Part shown: positions 54,121-64,000 of the stretch, piece by piece | Numbering within the stretch: the stretch's first letter is position 1 | How the letters are laid out: each line of letters begins with the position of its first letter | Source of the DNA: Octopus sinensis | Taxonomy: Eukaryota | Length of the DNA: 64,000 nucleotides | Assembly (NCBI RefSeq): GCF_006345805.1 | Contig: NC_043002.1 | Coordinates: forward strand, 68,076,001-68,140,000 | Direction of reading: 5' to 3' | Made by a program: the position numbers and the translations under genes | Notes under the pieces: generated by a model | Database searches by the model: none | Told to the model about the DNA's origin: nothing | The model's input: only the letters and a program-made list of their open reading frames with translations

Positions 54121-56610
54121 TATTTTATATTTGAAGAAAATTATCTTCAAAAATGTATTGGAACAGATCAACAATGATTGACCTAGGGATCAAAGATATA
54201 CCAACTAGTACCATTCCTCATTTTTTTGTTCCATATCAGGGACTACAGTATCTGATGTCTTCTTTTTTTTTTTTTAATCTGTAATGGTAAGGTGTAATTT
54301 GAGGGAGATTTTATCTGCTCGGCAAGTCAAAAGACCACATAAAGCCATCCTTGTTGGTTCATCAAAGATGCTGGTTGTGTTGAAAGATCAGTGTTTTGGC
54401 ATTTGGAATTTTTAACTTTCTGGGATGTGAGGAAGAAAAAAGTAGAAAAACAACAGATTGGTGCATGAACGGCTCTAATGTTAATTATTAAAATTGAAGG
54501 AGGCAATACTATACAAGGCCATCATCACTCTAATAATTTGGCCTTTAATTTGATGTATGTATATCATATATAAATGTGTATGTATGTTTGTTTTTATGTA
54601 TAGTTATATATAAAAACAGTAAAATATTAACTGAAGGATCAGTTGAAAAATTTAAGTAGATTGTCATATTTATTTTGACAAGGAAAAGATTGACAGTGAC
54701 TTTGAAGTTTCGTTGTCTTTTTATAAGCTACCAAAAACACTATTAAACCACATATACATTGCAACCACTAAGCCCCATCCATATGATGAACCAAAATATA
54801 TATATATAAAGCCTGTAAAACTAGAAAACTTTACAGTATGATAAAAACAATGACAAAAAAACTTTGAAGTCACTGTCAACCGTTAACTTGTTAAAAACAC
54901 ACACATACATATGATAATTTGTGTGCTTGTTAGAGTTAAAATGCTTTATGTAAATTTACTATGAACAAGCAAATGTAGCTTGGAATTGTGGACTATTATG
55001 AAATTCAGTTTAATGTCAGGACTGACTCTTAAATGTGTTACATATAAGGACTGTGATAATTTATACTGAAAATGATAAATTTTAATTAAAACCATGGTTT
55101 TATGTAGACATAAGAAACTCAAGATAATTTTAACAATAAACTGTGTTTAATTAATGTTAATTAAAAGCATAATGATTTTTACTGAAAAGTGCATTTATAT
55201 AACAAATAAAATAAAATTTGTATTTTGGATGTTTTAAATAAATTCAAATTACATATTTGTAGTTTTTCCATTTTTATTTATATTTGAAGTACATGTCAGT
55301 TATAAAGTATCTCTCAGGGATCATTTTTCATGTAGCCTTCTTACCTTGTATAAAGGTTTTTTTTTCATTGTTTGCACTGTTAAATATATAAATTAATTCA
55401 ATTTCAATATCATTATAGAGATCACAGGAAAATCAAGTGGGGAACAGACATTGTATTGTGTTTGTTGCTCAAGACATGTTTTTCACTGGCTGAGTTAAGT
55501 TAGACTTAGTCTATTGGCATTTAAACCAGTCATTTCCAACCTGAATATTCAGCCTGTTTTACATTCAAACCAATCAGATCCAGCCTCTCACACCTACCCT
55601 ACAATGTCATTCTAAAAAATAAACTATCATCATCAAACTCTTGAAATTTACAAGATAACGTATGATTAATTCAAAGGAATGAAGGACTCCACTTTGGTCA
55701 TGAATGATCATGGGGTAAGGTTGTTTATGGAAGACCAGCAGTCACCCATGCATACTTGCCTCTCCTCTTCATGTCACTGATGTTATCCAAGGGAAAGACA
55801 AAAGCTGACACAGCTTGGCACCTGTGACATCGCAACTCATTTCTACGGCTGAGTGAACTGGAGCAATGTGAAATAAAGTGTCTTGCTCAAGAACACAACA
55901 CACAGTCTGATCCGGGAATCAAACTCACTACCTCATGATTGTGAACCCAACACTCTAACCCATGAGCCATGTACCTTCACAATTAATTCAAAATAATGTA
56001 ATTAATTGGCATTTCTTTGACAGAATAATCTGAATGCCAAAGGCCAAACAGACCTCTGGCTAAAGATGTTCCATACGATTTTTTTTATAGGTATTGTACA
56101 CCAAAAACTACATTATTCAATGTGTCCTTCATTTTGAAGATGACACAGTGTAATTTGAAGGACATTTCACTGCTGTTACACATAAACACTCCTTTGTCAG
56201 CTGCAAGTTGTCTAACACCAGGTCAGTCTTAATATAGCTGATCCATGATGAAAGCCAATCAAACCATGCCCAGCCAGTTTTTTAGTTTTCTTTCAAGATT
56301 ACATAATCCTGTGTCCAATGTATCTTTTTTTTAAGACAGTAGAATATTATCATCACCATCATCATTTCAACATCCACTTTTCCATGCTTCCATGGATCAG
56401 ACAGAATTTGTTGAGGCAGATTTCTTACAGCCAGACGACCTTGTTACCAACCCTCACTTGTTTCCAAGTAAAGTGATATTTCTCTCTGATCAGATATGTT
56501 TCTCACAGGAGATTAGAAACAAAAAGACACTGCCTGCGTTACACTGACACTGGTTTACAAAAGTCATGTGACATCAAGGCTGTAAAACACACACATACAT
56601 TATATATATA

Positions 56611-56972
56611 TGTGGCTGTGTGATAAGTAGCTTCCTTACCAACCACATGGTTCCGGGTTTCAGTCCCACTACATGGCACCTTGGGCAAGTGTCTTCTACT
56701 ATAGCCTCGGGCCAAGCAAAACCTTGTGAGTGAATTTGGTAGACGGAAACTGAAAGAAGCTTGTTGTATATGTGTGTGTGTGTGTTTGTCCCCGCAACAT
56801 CGCTTGACAACTGATGCTGGTGTGTTTACGTCCCTGTAACTTAGCAGTTCAGCAAAAGAGACCGTTAGAATAAGTACTAGGCTAACAAAGAATAAGTCCT
56901 GGGGACGATTTGTTTGACTAAAAGGCAGTGCTCCAGCATGGCCAGAGTCAAATGACTGAAACAAGAAAAAGA
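56611..56972 (+). mobile_element. SINE family A copy
   Basis: Colinear with 1188-1563; source of ORFs 56539..56964 and 56574..56810. Confidence 0.85.
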
Positions 56973-58062
56973 AAATTTATATATATATATATGTATGTAT
57001 GTATATATACATTTTATTTGTGAATTAACCAGGCTACCATTGGTTTCATGTTGAGAGAGATCTCTTAACAATTATCAATTCTGTCACATAGGACGTTGGT
57101 GTTCGTCTCCATCTTGGATAAAAACTTGATAAAATAAACAAGGTTGCATGAGATTTTGGAGTAAACAAATAAATATGCATAACAGGGGAAACAACTCCCA
57201 AAATATCCACCAATGCAGTGTTGAGCATTCATTCTCACTGTTCATTAATGTGTGCAAGTATATATATACACACACAGCAGGCTTCTTTCAGTTTCCATCT
57301 GCCAAATCCTTCTTTAAGGCTACAGTAGAAGCTATCTACCCAAGGTACAACATTGGGACTGAACCTGAAACCATACCATTGGGAAGCAAACATTTTACCA
57401 CACAATACAGGAGGAAAATACAACTGCTATTTCTACCATGCTGAATGATCATGTAGAGACTCCTTTCTTTAATGCAGATATACTTTGCAATGATTATAGA
57501 ATTAACAAGTCATTTGTTAGTTTACAATAGTATTGAATTTCCTCAATAGGGAAAACTATCTGCATTAAGACAATTTATCTGCTTAAAGTCTTATATTTGT
57601 AATGAACCTACAGGGTCATTAGCTCAGAACTTATCTTGATTTCCCCGATATATAAGCAACCAAAAGTACAAAACATCCCCTTTCTGAACAGGACACAAGT
57701 TTATTTTGTGAGGAGATGAAGTAGGCACTTAGACAAAATCATCATCATCATCGTTGTTTTAATATTCATTTTTCCAAGACTTGCACAAGATCAGACAGAG
57801 GTTACTGAGGATGCTCTTTCTGTAGCCAAACCTCATCTGTAAAGTAATATTTCCCTGATGGCTGGACACATTTTCATGCAAGATTGAAAACTTCTATAAT
57901 GTTGACACTCATTTACAATTATCATATTAAGATAAGACAATCATATATACACACTTAGAATGTGGATGTTAAATGATGATATATATATATAGATAGATAG
58001 AAATGGTAAGACAACAAACGAATGAAAGAGACCTCGATAGTATGTAAATAGAGGAATTTATC

Positions 58063-58212
58063 TGTAAATGTAAAATGTGACAATTATTCAGTAGTCATGA
58101 TAAAACTCCGATGGCCAGATAACTGAAGAGATGGCGGTGTGGGTTTCTGCCCCGATGACCGAAACTCGGAGTTTTATCATGGCTACCGAATAATTGTCAC
58201 ATTACATTTACA
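58063..58212. mobile_element. Fold-back element (~48-bp arms) enclosing a hammerhead motif
   Basis: tgtaaatgtaaaatgtgacaattattcagtagtcatgataaaactccga / tcggagttttatcatggctaccgaataattgtcacattacatttaca, next to (TA)n. Confidence 0.7.
58118..58178 (+). ncRNA. Minimal type I hammerhead ribozyme motif
   Basis: gataa-CTGAAGA-g...(ggcgg/ctgcc)...c-GAAA-ctc(g)gag-TT-ttatc: complete core, stem I GATAA/TTATC, GUU site; stem II is imperfect. Confidence 0.6.
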
Positions 58213-59310
58213 TATATATATATGACATTTTTTTTCAGTTTACAACTACCAAATCTTTGGCTTGGATTGGCCTGAATGATAATTTACCAAAGTGTCAAGC
58301 AATAGGACTGACTCTAAAATCATGTAATTGAGAAGCAAACTTCTTAACTACACATCCATACCTAAAAATATACATTTTCTTTAGTTATGCTTGTATGGAA
58401 AAATCTGACGTAAAAACAAACAAAAACAATATACATGTATGTAGGAAATGTAGCAATTGATAAAAGTCAAATCTGAAGTGATTGAGAAAGACAAGATAAA
58501 TTTTTTTTAAAAAATTATCAGTGCATTTTTTTCTAGAAATTTAGGAAAAAAAAAAAAAACTAGGGTTTAAATTTTAAAATTTTTTTTCATTTTTAAAAAA
58601 TTATAGTTTACCCTTTTTATTGATTATATTTATTTATTTTATGTCTGTTTGTCCATGCTAGCACTGGTTAAATATTTTTTTTTAGGTTTGTTTTATGTTT
58701 GGATGCATTTCCCATTGCTAACCCTTACCTGTTTTTTCTAAATAAGAGATCTCATATTTGACAAGTATTTAAAAGCATGAAACAAATGGATGATTTGTTG
58801 ATAAGAAATGTGATAAAAACCACCCCATTCATTGCTTGCAATTTTTGTCGGGTAAAATGTAAGCATAAACATACATAGCTTATACAACGGACTTGCTTCA
58901 CTTTTCACTTACCAAATTCACTCACAAAGGATTTCATCGTTCTAGGGCCACATTGCTTAAACCACAAGAGAATTGGGCAATTAAATATGAGCAAGTAGTT
59001 GAAGCTTTAGTTTAGAGAAATTTGGGTATTTTGTCAGTTTTTTTGAGTTCTGAGTTCAAATTCCACCAAGGTTGACTTTGCCTTTAAATCATTTGGGGTC
59101 GATAAATTATGTACCAGTTGCATACTGGGGTCAATCTAATCAACTGGCCCCCTCCCCAAAAATTTTGGGCTTTGTGCCTAGAGTAGAAAAGTTTAGAGGA
59201 ATTTGATATCATTAGCATCGTTTTTATGCCAACTTCTATGCCAGTATAGGTTGAATGTCATTTATTGAAACAGTATTCTATAGTGGAGGCACATGTCCTA
59301 GTGGTTATGA

Positions 59311-59444
59311 CAGTGTTTCTCAACATTTTTACTCTTGCATAACCCTTAAAATAAATTACATGTTTCAAGGAACCCCTGCACAAGAAAAAAAAATTATATA
59401 CTATATCTTTCTCATATTTTCATTGTAGTTCACATGGTAAATAT

Positions 59445-59482
<38 letters not shown>

Positions 59483-59995
59483 GAAGGGTAAAATTAATTA
59501 ATCAATTAATAATTAATAACTTTACCAAGTAGTTCGGTATGTTAAAAGAACCATTATCGGTTACCTTATACAAAAATTCTATAATTATAAGCATAATCAT
59601 AATTAGGGTTCAGTAAAAATTGCTTCACCACTCACCAAAATTTAGAAATACCAGTTAAATACTATTCCACTACCATAAGATATCTCCCAGACAGTAATAC
59701 TCTCAACTCATGCAGGTAAAGAGAAAAAAAATAACGAATCTACTAGGCTTTGATTAAGCTTATAATTATAGAATTTGTGTGTGTGTGTATATATATATAT
59801 ATGATTGTTATATTTTTTTGATAATATAAAAGGTTAGATAGGATGATGTCTATATTACAATATTCCAATAACCAATACGTTATGCATATATAGTAATATT
59901 ACGGTCATGAAATTGGCATTAGCTTATCTCACTCTTTCTTGTGGAACCCTTTGTGGAACCCTAGGGTTCTGGGGCATCCTGGTTGAGAATTGTTG
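59311..59995. mobile_element. hAT-like MITE inserted in a SINE head, itself carrying a (TA)n-embedded insertion
   Basis: TIR cagtgtttctcaac / gttgagaattgttg; degenerate TSD ggttatga / ggttaaag; the SINE head starting at 59284 resumes at about 60000. Confidence 0.65.
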
Positions 59996-60724
59996 GGTTA
60001 AGGTGACTGTTAGATTATAAGATCAATTCCTGGAATGGGTGGCACATTATGTTCTTGAGCAAAACACTTTGCTTCACATTGCTCTGCAATCATTTCGCCA
60101 TTTGATGTGTGACACACTTGTGCACCTGTTCAGGCAACGTTGGTTTGATGGAGAGGATGAGCTAATGTATAGCACATGTATTTAATCACAATAAACAAAT
60201 CATTTGTGCAGGTCATTCAACAAAAGTTGCACACTCGTGTGTTATCTTTGACAGGGGAAGATTCCATCATTCTATAACCGGTTGCTCTTCCTGTCACCAA
60301 CCCTGATGTTTTAAGCAAAGTATTTATATTTAGTTGGTCTCCACATGAAACTGCAAAACTGCTGAGGCATGGAGCATATTGTTTACAGGAGACACAGTGT
60401 CACAACATGAATGTATACAGAAACAGTCACATACACATTCATATAAAGTCATATTTAACACCTTTGGATGTGATAAAACCTGCTGTTGGAAAAATAGACC
60501 CGAGAGAAAATTCTCCTCTACATGTGAAAACCCATTTAGGGTTGTGAATATCATTGGATTGCAGAATATGTGCATTTCACTTTGTTGCCTATAAAAACAA
60601 AATCTGTCATTCACAGCTTGACAAAAATGAAATTATTCTTATCAAAACAGCAAATGGTAAGTTTGCCGATATGGATAAATAATGTTGTAGAAAGTAGTGT
60701 TGAAAAAAATATGTTCACATATAG

Positions 60725-61101
60725 GTGCAGAAGTGGCTGTGTGGTAAGTAGCTTGCTTACCAGCCACATGGTTCCAGGTTCAGTCCCACTGCATGGTACC
60801 TTGGGCAAGTACCTTCAACTATAGCCTCGGGCCGACCATAGCCTTGTGAGTGGATTTGGTAGACAGAAAGTGAAAGAAGCTTGTTGTATATATGTATATA
60901 TATGTGTGTGTGTGTGTGTTTGTGTGTCTGTGTTTGTCCCACCAACATTGCTTGACAACCGATGCTGGTGTGTTTACATCCCTGTAACTTAGTGGTATGG
61001 TAAAAGAGACCGATAGAATAAGTCCTGGGGTCGATTTGCTCGACTAAAGGCGGTGCTCCAGCATGGCCGCAGTCAAATGACTGAAACAAGTAAAAGAGAA
61101 T
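60725..61101 (+). mobile_element. SINE family A copy
   Basis: Colinear with 1188-1563, with a small internal deletion. Confidence 0.85.
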
Positions 61102-62089
61102 AAAGTCATAATTAACATGTTCAAATGCATTCAGGACTATTTCTGCAGCAGGTCATGTGTCCAAATGCAGTAAAATATGCTAAATATTACACACACATAT
61201 ATCTCCCATCCTTATATAACATGGGTTAGTCATGTATTTTCTCTATAGTAAGATACCTGTGATTGCACCTCTATCATACTTTAGCCTCTCAAAGCCTGGC
61301 ATAAAGCCACCCCATCCCCTCTCTAAGTGTTTTTTTCTTGTCTTGCACTAGTGCTGGTGGCACAAAAAGGCACCCAGTACACTTTGTAAAGTGGTTGGTG
61401 TTATGAAGGGCATCCAGCTGCAGAAACCATGCTGAAGTTGACACAGCAGCTGTGGTTCTTTATATTCTATCCAACCATCAACTCATACCAGCATGGAAAA
61501 CGGGCATTAAATGATAAGGATGATGACGATGAAGGGTTCACTACAGTTTCCATCTAGATAATTTCACTTGAGGTATTGATCAACCCAAAGTTATAGAAAA
61601 CACTTGTCCCAGGTAGTGTGCAGCAAGATGGAACCTGAAGTCATGTGGTCACCAAATGAACATCACAACCACACAGCCAAGACTCAAGTTAAAAAAAAAA
61701 AAAATTCTCAGAATGGTCTTTACTTTTTTTATCTAATGTATTTATAATGAGTAACTAAGATTAAGTTATTTTTAAAAACTACTTGAACACATATTCAGAT
61801 CAGGTAAATTAAAATTGAAATTAAGTTTACAAATAGAATTTAAAAAAAAAACAGCTTTTTTTTTTATCATTATTATTGTTAAAAATATTAAAACAACAAC
61901 AGTTTGCAAAATAGCTGAAAATCTTTAATGAACAGTACTTTTACAAATTATGTTTTGTGTGTTAAAAGATTTGAACAGTGGTAACCATGACAACAATAAT
62001 TGTTATATAGAATGGTAGTCTTTCTATATATTAAACATAGTGGAAAATTCAAAATTAATAATAATAATAATAGTAATAATAGTAATAAT

Positions 62090-62310
62090 AATTCTTTCAA
62101 CTTTTGGCACAAGGCCAGCAATTTTAGGAGGAGGTGGGTAGTCGATTATATTGACCCCAGTTTCCGACTGGTACTTTATTTAATCGACCACAAAAGAATG
62201 AAAGGCAAAGTTGACCTTGGTGGAATTTGAACTAACGTAATGGCTTGGAAGAAAAGCTGCAAAACATTTTTTTTTTCCGAGGCTCTAATAATTCTGCCAG
62301 CTCACCACTT
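62090..62310 (-). mobile_element. SINE family B copy
   Basis: Reverse copy between (AAT)n runs. Confidence 0.8.
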
Positions 62311-62761
62311 TAATAATAATAATAATAATAATGAAAGATTTACTGTTTGATTACATAGGTTACTGTTTGATTACTTCGTTAAAGACAGAAGTATAAAAAG
62401 ATGAAGAGGATATTCAAAATATTAAATTTTAGTAAATTCAATGAATATCTCTTGCTTGCTTAAGATATAAGAGAAAAAAGAAAAAAATTTTTTTTCAAAA
62501 AAAAAAGAAAAAATTACATGATAATTTATAGTTTAAAGATTAAAGTTTTTAATTATAGTTTTGTTTAAAATCCAAAGAAACATATCTAGTTTCAATGTTT
62601 AAAATCTAAATTTATTTTTGAAAGTTTTATTTAAGGTTACTTAAAGAGAATTTCTATTTTAGAAAAAAAAAATGTAATGGATTGTAATTGTAAAATATTA
62701 GATATAAAAAAAAATAGGCATGTACGTGTTTATGTGCATGTGTATGTATGTGTGTGAGTGC

Positions 62762-62830
<69 letters not shown>

Positions 62831-63327
62831 TGTATTTCAATATTTCACTTAAGCATAGTAATTGTACAAATGCTTCAGAATGAAGTATCAGTTAAGTATA
62901 GAGTTGAATAAGGAATTAGAATGACAAGCAAATAAACAATTATGTTATGAACTTCATAACATATTTATTCCTTTGACATTCTATTTTCTCATCTCAATTT
63001 TTTGTCTTTGTTGTCCTACACATTCACTTGCTTTCTTACAAAAAAATCTAATGCTCTTAGCTTAGACTTTTTCGTGGGGGGGCAACCAGATTTCAACAGT
63101 CTCAAATGTAACTGCCCAAAACTGTAAGGACAATCTGGAAACTTGACTGATGAAAGGCCAAAAATGACTCATCCTTTTTTTTCCTGTCCTTCTATTTGTT
63201 GTTTTCCTGTCTGCCTTTGTATCGTGTATTTGTCCAAATGTTTTATTGTCCTCTATCGCATTTTTGTTCCATTATATATATATAGATAGATACACACACA
63301 CACAATATATATGTAGTATTAATAATC

Positions 63328-63441
63328 ATCAGGAGAATGGAGATTTTCCACATCTATAATTTTATTAAATAGGCCCATGAAAGAATACTGTAAATAACCG
63401 TTTAATAAAATTATAGATGAGGGAAATCTCTGTTCTCCTGA
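63328..63441. repeat. Inverted repeat, ~41-bp arms
   Basis: tcaggagaatggagattttccacatctataattttattaaa / tttaataaaattatagatgagggaaatctctgttctcctga. Confidence 0.7.
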
Positions 63442-64000
63442 CCATTATAAATTCTATTAGTTACTCTACAGAAACTATGCAATTCTGAAAAGGACACTCA
63501 GATTTACCAAACATGAATAATTACCTGAATCAAGTAACTTATTACTAACTCAGGTATAACCAACATTTGGTGTGGTTAGCCAGCATTGAAGAAACATGGT
63601 AACCACCAGGATTATATATAGACAGATAGATAGGCATACACACACATTATATATATATACATATGTGTGTGTGTGTATGTATACATTTTTGGGAGTAAAA
63701 CACTTGTTTATTGAGGATGCTGTTGTACTCTGTCTCCAAATGCTGTAGCTGATGGTGGTGAAGCAGCTCTGTAGGTATTTTAGCCCCTTCCACACACACA
63801 CACACACACACACACTCAGGTCCAACTACATGTTTAAGAAGTTTTGCTTTGCAACGTGTGATTTCAGATTTAGTGCTGCTTCTTGGGTGTTTTCTACTGT
63901 TAGCCACAGGTCAACTAATGTCATGCGAGGTAGTTTGGTAGAAGGAAACTGCATGAAGCCTGTCAACAGGTACTCTCCCCTCACACTCTTATAACCATCT

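Noticed and set aside
60330-60614. Minus-strand acceptor-like site (ttgtttttatag) and open frames, one with an in-frame TGA suggesting selenocysteine
   Set aside because: No recognisable homology, no convincing upstream exon, no SECIS identified; a non-coding or terminal exon of an outside gene cannot be excluded.
63144-63172. CTGATGA-containing hammerhead-like remnant
   Set aside because: The GAAA box and stem II cannot be formed as written; too degenerate to call.

Overview
AT-rich, microsatellite- and SINE-saturated animal genomic DNA; the repeat families look like octopus (coleoid cephalopod), which is an inference. One complete protein-coding gene is reconstructed by hand on the + strand: an 11-exon, 1266-nt CDS (421 aa + stop; 2528-44752) homologous to Protein Njmu-R1/C17orf75, a subunit of the WDR11-FAM91A1 vesicle-tethering complex. 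Its intron 4 (11074-13193) is a rare AT-AC minor-spliceosome (U12) intron with a consensus ATATCCTT donor and TCCTTAAC branch site. The ORF track captures only fragments of this gene; most listed ORFs are microsatellite or SINE noise. The rest is transposon-derived: several tRNA-derived SINE families (some in head-to-tail arrays, some with swapped heads and tails), CR1/Hero/Tx1-like LINE fragments, nested Helitrons, Helentron-like elements, and hAT- and piggyBac-like MITEs. The most unusual signal is a recurring class of fold-back (inverted-repeat) insertions carrying minimal type I hammerhead ribozyme motifs of Penelope/retrozyme style. Two have complete cores (14168-14211, 58118-58178), several are decayed, one has a tRNA-like head and a 13-bp target-site duplication, and two flank the exon after the U12 intron. 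Homology calls are from memory of the families; no database search was run.
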